Source of the DNA: Callorhinchus milii
Taxonomy: Eukaryota
Direction: 5' to 3'
Assembly: GCF_018977255.1 (NCBI RefSeq)
Contig: NW_024704742.1
Span: 62,622,001-62,686,000 of the forward strand
Length of the DNA stretch: 64,000 nucleotides
Shown here: in pieces, positions 25,277-38,274 of the stretch
How positions within the stretch are numbered: position 1 is the first letter of the stretch
Layout of the letters: every line of letters starts with the position of its first letter
The notes under the pieces: model-generated
What the model saw: only the letters and a program-made list of their open reading frames with translations
Database searches by the model: none
Told to the model about the DNA's origin: nothing
Program-made: the position numbers and the translations under genes

Positions 25277-25314
25277 TCTTCCTTCCTTCCTTCCTTCCTT
25301 CCTTCTTTCCTTTC
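25277..25314. repeat. (CCTT)n microsatellite
   Basis: Direct tandem CTTC/CCTT units. Confidence 0.9.
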
Positions 25315-25414
25315 AAGAATCAATGCTTGGGGACCTCAGAGTGTGCTTTGGTGTTTAACCAGCTAAAACTGCATAGTTGAGAGCAATACCACCATTGAGA
25401 GCAATGTTTAGTAT

Positions 25415-25640
25415 TCTGTCAGGGTGAAACCTTGGGCAAGTTTCTTAACTCCACACACCTGATAATTATCCCTCAAGAAAAAAAAATTGGTCACTTCAAT
25501 CCATGACTGTTTGTGGACTACTGCCGCGTTTTGCCCACAAATATACAGTCAATACACTTTACAGTATATTCTGTGAAGTGCTTTGAGACGTCTCGAAGAC
25601 GTGAAAAGCTCTATATCAAATGCAAGAACTATTATTATTT
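25415..25640 (+). mobile_element. SINE family A, 5'-truncated, inserted within a family U relic (25320-25715, minus strand)
   Basis: CAGGGTGAAACCTTGGGCAAGTTTC body and tail; both flanks match family U. Confidence 0.8.
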
Positions 25641-26525
25641 CTATTATAAGCTTCTCACTAATTGACCAGCTAGGACCTCCCAAACCATGAATGCTTTGGC
25701 TTGCAGGGTTTACAATTTACAGTAGAAGAATCCCTGATTCCCAGAATGATCAGCAGGTGCTGTCCTTCAAATGGAATAGATCCCGTTTGCTTGTTCTTCA
25801 AGTAGACATTAACGATCCATTGACACTATTTGAAAGGAGAAGGGAATTGCTCTTATTTTCTTGGCCACATACCTCAGAAAAATTGCTGATTCACCTCATA
25901 ACTGTTTGTATGACCTTGTCATGCACATAATGCCTGCCACTTTTGCTTTCAGCAATAATATAACAACATCTTGCATTTATATATCACCATTCACATGGGG
26001 TAGGAGTGCTTAATGATGTCATAGTTTGGCACTGAGCTGGGGATAAAGGTAACAAAGAGGGAGTTCCAGAGGTAAAACAGTGGCTACAAACGGCAGTCAT
26101 TGCTGTGATTTTTTTGGGGTGCGCTAAGTTGCTATAAGAATGCAAGTTCTTATATAATGCTGCATTTCAGCCTCAGTGGGTTAAACAAATGTGATTCAAA
26201 CAAAGAGATTGCACTGTGAGCTGTTTTTCGTCACTTGGGAACCCCTGGTTTGTAACATCATCCAAGCCTCTGAATAAGGATTATTTTCCTGTAATTGCTC
26301 CAACCCACACAAAATCCTCTATAGACTATCATACTGTAATGAAGGTTCATAAATAATATTCTCTGATGACCAGAGATAAAAATATTAATATTCAAAATCA
26401 TATAATATAAAAATAATTGCGGTCGGCACCAGCTTTCGCCCAATGTTAACTGCAAAAATCTACACCCTCATTATGAACATGTTGCCTCCAAACAAATACG
26501 GTAGATTGAATGTGCTCCGTGTTAC

Positions 26526-26884
26526 CTCCTGTTGGGGACAACAGACCAAAAGACAACCAGTTTTAGCAAGCTTCCAACAATCATCAGGGGCTTTGACGAC
26601 AATTATAACATGACTGCCATGCTCCATTCACAACTGATACTGTAGTAAACGTCTCTCGGTAGAGTTCTGACTGTTATTAAAGGGGGCCTGACACATATCT
26701 CAAAGCCGCACATTTGCCCTAGCGGCATCCTGAAGGGATTACTAGTACACCAGCATTGCGTGCACTGCCTGTGTTGCTTTTAACGTTTTTCTTTAATCCG
26801 AAGCCCTGGGGAAATAATCCCAGTGAAGCGCAGCAAATTCAGATTCAGATCCACTTTCTCCAGAGGAAACTTCAACAGCTGGCT
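26526..26884 (-). other. Candidate alternative upstream exon of GALNTL6 (possible CDS 26627-26526)
   Basis: Minus strand acceptor TTTTCCCTTTCATAG| and donor CAGGAG|GTAACA, in non-repetitive and relatively CpG-rich sequence. A 34-codon ATG frame ends in phase 0. Confidence 0.35.
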
Positions 26885-27159
26885 CTATGAAAGGGAAAAC
26901 ATGATACACAAACATGATTTCTATAATGCAGCTGCAAAATCTCCTTCAGAGATCCACAAAATCTCAATTTGTGACTCAAGGCAAGTGCCAGGACTAAAGA
27001 GTCATTCTTGAGAGACTTTGACGTGTACTTTATTTTGCTTTTGTGTGTCTTGTTTACGGTGAAAACTGAAAAAACGTATGAACTTGGATTGAATGAGGAA
27101 TGCTACTTCTTAAACTCTGCCAGCTGGCGCACATTACATCGAGGTGTGCGTTTGGAGAT

Positions 27160-27446
27160 AATAATAATATAACAATAATAATCCTTGTATTTGATATAGA
27201 GCCTTATCACGTCTTCGAGATTCCTCAAAGCTCTTCACAGAATATACTGTAAAGTGAATTGACTATATTTTTTGGGCGAAACGCAGCAGCCAATTTCGAT
27301 CAGCAGTATACCACAAATGGTCATGGATTGAGTGATCAAATTATTACTATTTATTTATTTTGAAGGGATTATTACCTGCCCGGGAAACAAACCTAGATCC
27401 TCTCGCTTGCGAGGTGAGGACTCTAACCACTATGCTATAGAACTCC
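27160..27446 (-). mobile_element. SINE family A
   Basis: Tail, body and head present, with an internal deletion. Confidence 0.85.
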
Positions 27447-27649
27447 ACTGAGATATACGCAAGGCAAATGTACATTGACTCTAAACATGTCGTGCCTCTC
27501 CGATCTGGTAAAAAACATGAAACACTTCAAATACCTAATCTGTATTTCTCCTCACAAATAACCTGTTATTCCACTTCACATGCTGAATGTCAGAAAGCAA
27601 TCTTAATACCTATCTCCAGCTATTTTATCTCCATGTATCTCATTACCAA

Positions 27650-27945
27650 TGTTAAACTGAGATCCTGTCTGTCTGTTCAGGTGGATGCTAAATATCCCAT
27701 GGCACTATTCAAAAAGAGAAGGGAATTTCTCCTGGTATCCTGGCCAACAATCCCCCAAATAAAATTGGTCATTCACTCCATGGCTGTTTGTGGGACATTG
27801 CTGTGCGCAAACTGGCTGCCGCATTTTGTTCACAAAATACAGTGAAAATCATTTTGCAGTATATCCTGGGGAGTACTTTCAGAATTCTGAACAATGTCAT
27901 AAGGCGCTATGTCAAATATCAAATGCAAGGATTATTATTATTTTC
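27650..27945 (+). mobile_element. DeuSINE-like 3' two-thirds
   Basis: GTTAAACTGAGATCC..ATCCCATGGCACTATTC Deu core and tail. Confidence 0.75.
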
Positions 27946-28499
27946 CAATCACTATTCCTACTTCACTTTTCCACTGTTCCTGCATTATCTTTAACCGTTT
28001 CACTTGGGAGAGGGTGTTTCCCAATTTAGTAGTATTTCTTAATGGATTTCTTAACTAAGACAACCACATGTCTATGGTGCTGACTCACGAGAAAGCCACA
28101 ATCTATTTTCAGATGGGAGTTTACTTCAAGTTGAGTAACATACGTGAAGCAGACTCTCAGTTACTGTAAGTCTCCTTTCAGATTTCTTCCTTAACAACAG
28201 AATTTGTGTTATATCTGCTACTATTGTACTCATTTTGCTTCAACAAGCTCCATTACAAAATCATGTGCAAATTCCAAGTTCTCAAGATGTAAACGTTTTT
28301 AGGAAAATCTTTTATGACTAAAACTACAACATAGTTTGAAATATGCTGTGGGCACTAAAAATTGCTTTTTTGCACAACGAGCATATGCAAAACTAAACAG
28401 CTCAACAAAATGTAGTTTTATTTGGATCACTTTATAAAAAAAAGTAAATATATTATATTTCCTTATCTCATTATTAAAATATCTCAAAGAGATTCACAG

Positions 28500-29172
28500 G
28501 ATCTCCGCAACATTGCCAAACTCCACCACTGCCTCACCCCTCAGGCTGTCAAAACCCTTACCCATGCATTCGTCACATCAAGGCTCGATTACGGAAACTC
28601 CCTTCTCATCGGCCTTCCCAACTCTTCCCTTCACAAGCTGCAGATCATCCAAAACTCCGCAGCTCATGTACTCTCACTCACCAGGCTCCGTGACCCTATC
28701 ACTCCCACCCTCGCCCGACTCCACTGGCTCCCCATCCCCCAGAGGATCGAATTCAAGATCATCATCCTCACTGTCAAGGCCATCCATGGCTTTGCCCCCT
28801 CCTACCTCTCTGACCTGCTGATTCCCTACCAACCTGCCCGATCCCTCCGTTCAGTGGGCTCCGGTCCGCTCCATGTTTCCCGCCCGACCCCCCCTACCAT
28901 TGGTGGCCGGGCTTTCAGCCTCTCTGCCCCCACACTCTGGAATTCTATCCCACAGTCCCTTTGCCTCGCTTCCTCCCTTGCCTCCTTCAAGGCTGGTCTC
29001 AAGATCCTTCTCTTCGACCGTGCCTTTGGCCGCCCTCCCATCTCTCTGCCTTCCCTCAACCCTACACCACCCCTCCCCCATGCTCGGGTCCCGACCCCTG
29101 ACAATCGAGCATTTTGGGACTTCCTCCTGACGTGAAAGGCGCTCTTTAAATGTAATTTTGTTGTTGTTGTTA
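28500..29172 (+). mobile_element. L2 LINE 3' fragment (open frame within ORF 28422-29135)
   Basis: [35 protein letters not shown]; (TTG)n tail. Confidence 0.95.
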
Positions 29173-29671
29173 CTGCAAAGTATAACGATTGTGGATATAT
29201 TCATACAAGAACACAGACAAAAATGGAAATTGACATCACCACTAAACAAACATTTGCTTGATATAATACAATTTATACTTATTAGCCTTTCACTTTGGGT
29301 TGATGACTGAAAGTACTTCAGATTGCTGGCTGGGCACCTGAGATGGAGAGAGGAGCTAAGATGTTTAGGGAGGGGAAAGATGACTGAAAATGGTCAAAGA
29401 GGTACATTTTGGGAAAGGCCTTTAATGAAGAGTGGGTGGGAGAGCACGAGTTGGAGAAGCTCTGGGATGGAGTTCCATAGAATGGAGGCAAAGTGTCTGA
29501 AAGTCCACTTGTTGATGGTGGGAGGATAGTGTGGGGTAAATGAAGTAGGCCATGTTTGCTGAGTGAAAGGAGAGGCCAAGTCAGTGTGGTTGAAGCAGGT
29601 CACAGAGGGTTTGATGCCTTGTAATGATAGGCATTTGTTCACAAACTAAGTTACTCACAAACTAACTAAGA

Positions 29672-30822
29672 TACTGTCCTTGACTGGTTCATATCCTACC
29701 TTTCATACCTTATCCACTTTATTTTGACATATGGCTTCTTCTTCAAACCCTGCACTGTTTTGTGCAGCGTTCCTCCGGATTCTGTCCTTAGTCCTTTCCT
29801 CTTCAACATCTGGTGACATTTGCAGATACAGGGTCAATTTCTACATGTATGCGGATGATGCCCAACTCTATCTCTCTGCCTCCACCCTCGATCCAGGACC
29901 ACTGCTGCTGTCCTGACAGAATGTCTGTCAGACATTAAGTCCTGGATGAGAGATAACTTTCTACAGTAGAACGTCAACAAGACCGAGGCTCTCTTGATGG
30001 GCTCCTGTCAGCGTCTCCACACCTCAGACGCTAACAGCATCACCATCCATGGTTGCACACTCCACCTTACTAAGCCAGTGCGGAAACTTTGGCGTCGTGT
30101 TTGACTCTCAACTGTCCTTTCTACTCCACATCTGCGCCATGACCCACTCTGCCTTTCCCCACCTCTGCAATATCACCCGGCTCCACCACTGTCTCTCCTC
30201 TCAGGTCGCTGAAACTTTCATCCACGCATTTATCACATATAGACTCGACTATGCCAACTCCCTGCTTGTCGGCCTCCCCAACTCTTCCCTCACAAGCTGC
30301 AGATCATCCAGATGTCTGCAACTCGTGTCCTCTCCTGCACCAGGCTACGTGACTCTATCACCCCCACCCTCGCCTGACTCCACTGTCTCCCCGTCCCCTA
30401 GAGGATAGAGCTCAAAATCCTCGTACTGACCCTCAAGCCCCTCAATGGCCTTGCCCTCTCCTACCTCTGTGACCTGCTAACTCCATATCAACCTGTCCTC
30501 TTCCTTCATTCAGCAGGCTCCATCCTGCTCCATGTCCCCACCCAACCTGCCCCACCTTCGGCGGTCACGCCTACAATCTCTCTGCCCCCACCTTTTGGAC
30601 TCTATCCCACAGTCCCTTCACCTTACTACCTCCCTTGGCTTCTTCAAGGAATGTCTCAAGACCCTACTCTTCAACCATGCCTATGGCCACCCCACTACTC
30701 TTACCCTTCCTGACCTCCACCCCTCCTGATCCCAAACCCCTGCTCAGGTCAAAATCCCAGACAGCCCAGGCCTTGGGGCATCCTCCCAACGTGAAAGGCG
30801 CTATACAAATGTAATTTGTTGT
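29672..30822 (+). mobile_element. L2 LINE RT and 3' fragment
   Basis: MYADDAQLY, RLDYANSLL and 3' tail. Confidence 0.9.
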
Positions 30823-31089
30823 TCTTACTTCAACCAGACAGAACAAAAAGCATTGTGTCAAGAGATTTCAAGGTAATGTATCACATAATGTATACTGTAC
30901 ACTGGAGACTTTGAATTTGCTTTGATCTGACCGATTGCAGCCCGTGAACATGAAGTAAGAGTCAAATGACTGAAATTGCTGTATCAAAATCACAGCACAT
31001 TTGGAAATCTGGCTCAACAACAAAGTTTTTGTCACTTCATGTTCAGATTATCTGTGGAGTAGGCGAATGTAATAGGAGGAGGGTAATGA

Positions 31090-31525
31090 TAATAATTAAT
31101 CCTTACTTTTGATACAGCACATTTCATGTTTTGTAGACGTCTCAAAGCACTTCACAGGATTTACTGCATATTCCTATTCTGTCTGCCTATTCGTAGTTGA
31201 GCGCAGCAGCAAATTTGTGCACAACAATACTCACAAACAGCTATCAACTCAATGACCAATTGGTGATTGTTGGCCAGTACATTGGGAGAAATTCCCTTGT
31301 CTTTTCAAATAGCGTCATGCAATCTATAACGTCCACCTGAACAGGTAGACTGGGCCTCCGTTTCAGGTCTCAACTAAACAATGGCACTTCTGACGATACA
31401 GCACTGCCAGCATTGCACCTGAATGTCACCCTAGACTAAGAACGCAAAGGCCGGACATGAGATGTGGGGCATAAACCCACAATCTTCGGACACAGAGGTG
31501 AGATACCATCTAAGCCAGGCTGACG
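31090..31525 (-). mobile_element. DeuSINE-like element
   Basis: Reverse-complemented tail, Deu core and head (AGCCAGGCTGAC). Confidence 0.7.
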
Positions 31526-32049
31526 CATAAATCAATTTCCATCTTAGATTAATAACTGTACCAATGCTAATTAACTCAGGAAATGAGAAAATTGTCAATT
31601 GCTTGGTGTAAAAGGTCACAGTTCAGCAAATCAACTGTCAAGCATCATCTCAAATTTACTATGATTTGATTAGCTTATTGTTAGGAAGAAACGCTGATGC
31701 ACAAGCAATCACCTGATTAATGATCTGATCACATTAGTAAGATTTTAAAGGAGTGTAAGCTATAAAATGCAACCATTATTTGTTCACCTAGGACCATAAG
31801 GCAGAGCAGTTTTGAATTTTAACCTTGCATCACAGCAGAAATGGAATTAAAGATGAGCAAGTGTGCTTGAAAAGCTAGCTATAGGATAAAGCAATCTGTT
31901 TCAAATATATTTGGGAGAAAATGCACGAAGCACTTACTGAATCCGTGCTAAATCATATTGGATTGACATAAACTTTGGTATTGATAGCTGTACAGGAAAT
32001 ATTATTCCAGATTTTTTAAACATACCATAGAAAATTAATGGAAACTAGG

Positions 32050-32490
32050 GTTTCAGCTTGGCTCAGTTCATAGCACTCTCACCTGTGAGTTAAAAGGTTG
32101 TGGGTTCAAACCTCATGTCAGGACTTTGAGTTTAGAATCAAGGCTGAATCAAATTCAGTCCTGCAGGAACAAAGCATGGTCAGAGGTGCCATCCATTGGA
32201 TGAGACATTAAAAGTCCTGTCTGCCTGTTCAAATAGGATGTTAAAATCCCATAGACTGTTCAAAAGGAGAAGGGAGATTCTCCCAGTGTCCTGGCCAACA
32301 ATCCCCTGGATAAAATTGGTCACTTACTTCATGATTGTTTGTGAGACATTGCTGTGTACAAACTGACTACCACATTCGCGCATCAAATACACACTATGCT
32401 TTGCAATAAATCTGGTGATATTGTAATCTATAAAGCATTTTGAGATGTTTTGGTGAAGTGTATATCAAGTTACAGTATTATTATATTATA
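32050..32490 (+). mobile_element. DeuSINE-like element, near full-length
   Basis: Head plus GAGGTGCCATCCATTGGATGAGACATTAAA Deu core. Confidence 0.8.
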
Positions 32491-33760
32491 ATAAGTAGAA
32501 AATATAACAGTTATTTTCAGGATCCATCTTGTAGATTGAGTCATGAACCTTTATGCAAACGTTGCAGGTTGGGTTCGCCATGGCCAGGTGTGGAGAGGGA
32601 AATGCAGATGCCCTTCATTATGGAATTAACAAGCAATGGTTGGTTCTGGAATCTTTTACATTAGTTGTCAATTACATTATAAAGGGCATCTTTACACATT
32701 TGCACATGGTTAAACTCAACCTTCAAATTTGACGAATTAGTGCATGCTGATTTGACAGTTGAATACTGAATAAGTTGAATAAGGTCATTAATATTACAAA
32801 TAGGCGGAGAGTCACCACCAAGATGTTCTTAGACTCTTTCAGACTCTGAAAGAAAAAAAAGTCTGTTTCCATGGAAACCATTCCTCGCTATAATTTACAG
32901 ATTTCCTTACCATAGATGTCCCCTACGTATGGTTTAACTGGTTTGTTGGGATTGAATGCATCTACAATGGCACCCCCATGCCAACTGCAGTGCTAATCAT
33001 ATCCAAATTTTTAGGGAAGCCAAATGAGAAACAGTACTCATGTTACAACCATGTTACAAAGACCAGGAAATTATGTTGGTCATGATTTATTGACCCAGAT
33101 GTTGGTCATTTTAGCTTCCTCACCTGCGAGGTGGTATTTCATCTTTCTGCACACATGTGCATGCGTTAATCAGGTATAGAATCTTGTTATAGTGCTGGTT
33201 GGAATTTTGTGAATGCTACCCCACTCCGCATTATAACAGGGTTGCTGGTGCAGTAATTTCACAACTCTATTCATCTCTGGCAAGTCTCCACATTGTCAGG
33301 TTTATGCATACATGACACGTGTCAGGCATTTAAATTGCCAATTGGATAAATCTCATATGTAAGCATGTTTAGAAGTGCACTTCCTGCATGAGCAGCAGCA
33401 GATGATCAAAATAAACATTTACCATGTGTTCTGTCACCATCAAAAAAAACTATTCCCATCACTTCAAAGTCACTCCCAAGGCTAGAAAACAAATTTCCGA
33501 GAGAAGCTCACCAAAAACGAGTTCCAATTTTTCCCGTGTCACAGATAGATTTTATGAATTCCAAAACATCATTTGGGGTTTGTGGGTCTAGTTCTTCTGA
33601 CTTCATGTAACAAAAAGTTTTAATAAACTTGAAATTTGGCTCGTCAACCAGCCTGGCTCATCAGCAGGACTTGGAAGGGCAGATCACTCACTCGGAGCAG
33701 GGATTCTTCTCACTCAGCTCCCGTTAACTCTGCAAACCAAAGCCCTAACAGCGAAGGTTG

Positions 33761-34814
33761 TTCGCCCTCTACATGCTCCCCCTTGGTGACATCATCCGCA
33801 GACATGGAGTTAACTTCCACATGTATGCGGATGACACCCAACTCTACCTTTCCTCCTCTACCCTCAACTCCACGACCACCGATGTCCTGACAGCCTGCCT
33901 GTCCGACATCGAGTCCTGGACGAGAGACAACTTTCTTCAGCTCAACGTGCGAAAAACCGAGGCCCTCCTGATTGGCTCACGTCAGCGCCTCCGCACCTCA
34001 GGCGCTGACACCATCAGCATCCAAGGCTGCACTCTCCACCTCTCAAAGCCAGTCAGGAACCTCGGGGTTCTGTTCGACCCTGAGCTGTCCTTTCTCCCTC
34101 ACATCCGCACTACAACTGGCACCGCCTTCCATCACCTCCGGAACATCGCCAGACTACGGCACTACCTCACCCCTCACGCTGCTGAAACCCTGGTCCACGC
34201 CTTTGTCACCTCAAGGCTGGACTATGAGAACTCTCTCCTCGCCGGCCTTCCCGCCACCTCCCTCCACAAGCTGCAGGTCATTCAGAACTCTGCAGCTCGT
34301 GTACTGTCCCGCACCAGGACCACATCACTCCCACCCTCGCTCGCCTCCACTGGCTCCCCATCCCCCAGAGGATTGATTTCAAGATCCTCATCCTCACCTA
34401 CAAGGCCATTCACGGCCTTGCTCCCTCCTACCTCTCCAACCTACTATCCCCCTACCTACCTGCCCGTACCCTCCGTTCCTCTGGCTCTGGTCTGCTCCAC
34501 GTCCCCCGCCCCAACCGCCCTACCATCGGTGGTCGGGCCTTCAGCCTCTCAGCCCCCAGGCTCTGGAACTCCATCCCCCAGTACCTTCGCCTTGCTTCCT
34601 CCCTTTCCTCCTTCAAGGCCGGTCTCAAAACCTTTCTCTTTGACCGTGCCTTCAGCTCCCCTCTCGACTCTCTTCCCCGTCCTCGCTCCCTCCCTTCCCT
34701 CCCCTCACCCTGACCATTTCCCCCCTGCTCGGGTCATGACCCAACTGTGCAGCGCCTTGGGACGTCCTCCTGACGTGAAAGGCGCTTTATAAATGGAATC
34801 TTGTTGTTGTTGTT
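33761..34814 (+). mobile_element. L2 LINE, young subfamily, RT C-terminal half, inserted in family U with GAAGGT target duplication
   Basis: [27 protein letters not shown] at 33753-33758 and 34815-34820. Confidence 0.95.
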
Positions 34815-34844
34815 GAAGGTGGTCTTAGCTGGACAACCAACGTT

Positions 34845-36078
34845 TATTCTTCTTTGCAGATGACACCAAGCTAATGAAGGTGATAGATTGCGAAGCTGAA
34901 CAAGATAGATTACAGGAGGATTTGAACATACTTAGGAATTGGGCAGATCAGTGGCAGGTGAAATTCAATGTGGAGAAATGTAAAGTACTTCACATGGGGA
35001 CACAAAATCCTGGAAGGGACTATTATTTGAACGAAAGGAAAATAATATGTATGGAAAATGAAAAGGACCTGGGGTCCTGATTGACAATAAATTGAACCTC
35101 TCCCAACAATGCTCTGTGGCAGTGAGTAAAGCAAACCAGATGTTGGGATGTATCAAAAGATCAAGAGCAAGCCAAAATAGTGAGGTAATCCTGCCACTGT
35201 ATAAATTGGTGAGACCATACTTAAGAGTACTGTGTACAGTTCTGGTCACCACAGTACAAAAATAATATTGGAGAAATCGAGAAGATACAGAGGAAGGCAA
35301 CCAAAATGATTGAGGGAATGGAAGGACTGGACTATGAGGAGTGACTAAGTGAATTGGGCATGTTCACCCTGGAAAAGAGAAGATCGAGAGGCTACAGATT
35401 GCTGTCTTTAAAATTCTAAAGGGGCTAAACAATGTAGAGAATGACAGGCTGTTTCAACGTGTCCAGAATAGTCAAACCACAAGAGGGGGGTAAATTCAGA
35501 ACGATTCTACGCAAACACTATTTCAGTGAGCGAATAGTGAACCTGTGGAACAGGCTCCCTAGTGAGACGGTTGAAGCAGGAAGTGTTGATTCTTTCAAAG
35601 TCCTGTAGCTCAGTGGTGAGAGCACTCGCTTTGCAAGTGAGAGACCTGAGTTCAATTCCAGGCAGGGCGAAACCTTGGGCAAGTTTCCTTACTCCACACA
35701 GAGCCTAATAATAATCCCTCCAAAACCAAAAACAATAATAAATTGGTCATTTTCAATCTACGACTGTTTGTGGGACATTGCTGTGCGCAATTGGCTGCCG
35801 CATTCGCCCACAAATATACAGTCAATTCACTTTACAGTATGTTCTGTGAAGCGCTTTGGGACGTCTTCCCGACGTGAAAAGCGCTATATCAAATGCAAGG
35901 ATTATTATTATTATTAAACACAGATTAGATAGTTTTCTTGTAGGAAATAACATTATGGGATACAGTTCATAGGTAGTTCGGGCCATATGTGTATGCGACC
36001 GCCAGGAAGGTGGAAGGCGAACTAGATGGACCTTGGTCTTTTTTGTTCTAGTATTTCTTAAGTTTTTTATGTTCTTAT
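34845..36078 (+). mobile_element. CR1 LINE RT and 3' end, interrupted by a SINE
   Basis: FADDTKL, WADQWQVKFNVEKCKVLHMG; colinear with 60210-61020. Confidence 0.92.
35597..35914 (+). mobile_element. SINE family A inserted in CR1
   Basis: A box TAGCTCAGTGG, TGC anticodon-like loop, B box GAGTTCAATTCC, (ATT)n tail. Confidence 0.92.
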
Positions 36079-36159
36079 ATGTGGATCTATGGACCTAATT
36101 ATTTATATTTGCTCCATTATAGCTTTCAAGCTAAAATGGCTCAAGAATCCATTTGCTCG

Positions 36160-36730
36160 ATTGCAGCAATAAACAAGGCAAACCAGGTGCTGGGCTATAT
36201 TACAAAATCAGTTCAGTTTAGAACCCCAGACATCAATCTCAGGCTTTACAGAGCTCTGGTCAGACCATACATTGAATACTGCCTACAGTCCTGGTCACCG
36301 CAACATAAGGCTGCCTAGGCCCTAGAGGCAGTACAGAGGACAGCAATTAAGATGATCCCCATTGTTACAGGAATGAGCTATGAGAAATCATGAGATAAGC
36401 TACGGCCCTTTAGTCTTGAGGGAAGATGACTCAGAAGGGATCTCATAAAGGTGTGTAACATTTTAAATGGGATTGAAAAAGTCAACTCAGATCAATAATT
36501 TAGGACGCACCAAGACAGTAGAACAAAAAGACACATGTTTAGAGTTGTAAAGGGTAATTTCAGGACAGATACCACAAAGAAATTGTCAGAAAGGGTGTTT
36601 GGACTCATTTCAAAAGCAGTTTGATGCTATCATGTGGAGGGTATGTGAGAACACCTGAGTATTCTTGAAAGATGAGATCAGATGGGGTAAAGGGCCATCT
36701 TCATCCAAACCTATCTGGTGAACTTGTGAT
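36160..36730 (+). mobile_element. CR1 LINE 3' fragment (second subfamily)
   Basis: KANQVLGYI..LYRALVRPYIEYCLQSWSP. Confidence 0.85.
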
Positions 36731-37524
36731 GATCTCCGCAGGTGCGTGAAATGCAATATGTTATCATGTCAGGTACGAGACGGCAACAGAGTTTCCTCGT
36801 ATGTGTAGAATAACAAAATGGTGCTGCTGGTTGTTCAACTGTTGGGAAAGGAGGTCGCGGCGAGACCCAATGGAAGAGGTGACTGGCAGCTGAAAATGCT
36901 CAGCAGGTGCCATCACTGCTGGACCAATAGTATAAACTCAACATATTATTCATTTGTCTGTGTAATCTTCAATCTGGTTCCTAGATAGACATTAATTTAA
37001 CTTTATTTAAAGAGCTTTTGTGCTTTATGGATTTGTCCCAGAGTGTTTTTGATTCACTGCCTTAAATCACCTCAAGTAGGTATGGAGCTCTCAGTTATCC
37101 ATCACTTAGCCTCACACAATATTTCCATGTCATGTGTGATATGGGGTTAATATCTGATCTGCTTCAGTGAAATCTGGTTTCATTGTTCAACCTGCTACAG
37201 GTTACTCCTCTGCATTAGCTAATCTGTTATTCTGTACATATTCTCTAGATCAAAACAATATCCTTTTTCTGAATCAGGAATCAACCTATCTCCAGTCTGA
37301 TGTTTCAGTGAAGTCAATACTTTGTGCACCAGGTGGCAGTCTATCCCATAACTCATAAAGATGTGAAGTTTTGCTAAATTCTCAGTTTTATAATGCTATA
37401 TGTATTGCCTGACTTTGTTATCCAGCTTTTGGACAAAGTATTTCTTAACATTCACCTTTCACTTAACATCCAAGGTCTATTCTATTTCACTATTAAAAAA
37501 ATTTTCTTTCAATTTTCTACAATG

Positions 37525-37990
37525 TATCATAGAATCATAGAATTATACAGCACAAAAGGAGGCCATTTGGCCCATTGTGTCTGTGCCGGGTCTTCGAAAA
37601 GAGCTATCCAAATCAATCTCACGTCACTGCAATCTCCCGATAGCCCTGCAAACTTGTCCTCCCCAATATAATGAGAGATGATCTAATCTATTTAGCTTCC
37701 CTTTATAATTCAATAGTCTGAAACCTGAAATCATCTTCATTTTCCTTCAGAATACTTTCCAGTGCCTCTGGGCACAAAATTCACATCTACTCTCACCAGT
37801 GTTTCATAAAGTGTCAGTCACAGTTCTGTGCATTATATTTTGTCGATCTACTTATACACCTCAGTACTATGTTTAGCTCTGGAACTGTTCCAGAGACTGA
37901 TGAATATTTTAATGTCATGTCAACTCTTAGCCTTCGGTATCTTTCTTAACTCATTTTATTTAAGGTACCAAAACTGCCCCCACTGTACTA
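37525..37990 (-). mobile_element. CR1 3' tail and degenerate RT fragments
   Basis: CATAGAATCATAGAA tail followed by GGAGGCCATTTGGCCCAT. Confidence 0.6.
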
Positions 37991-38274
37991 CAAGTCTGTA
38001 ATCTTGCTCAGAAAGGCTACAATGTTGACTTGTATTGAAAAATGGAAACATCACATCAATGCAGTAGGGAGTTTTGAGCTGGTCTTGAGACACGATTATT
38101 GTTGAGGAATAGAGACATAATTTACCATAATGTGCTCCATTTTATTGTTGCTGTTGTATGCCTGAAGGTGCTTGATGCTGACTGGGATAATGATACATTG
38201 ATCAGCAGTAAATTGACTAATCTCAGCTAATGAGTGTTAGCTCTCTGGTATTTCAAGATTCTTTTACTCGTCTA

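Noticed and set aside
33758..34792. 344-aa ORF as a host gene or active retrotransposon
   Set aside because: It is a 5'-truncated L2 RT fragment that shifts frame at a small deletion near 34317; no endonuclease is present.
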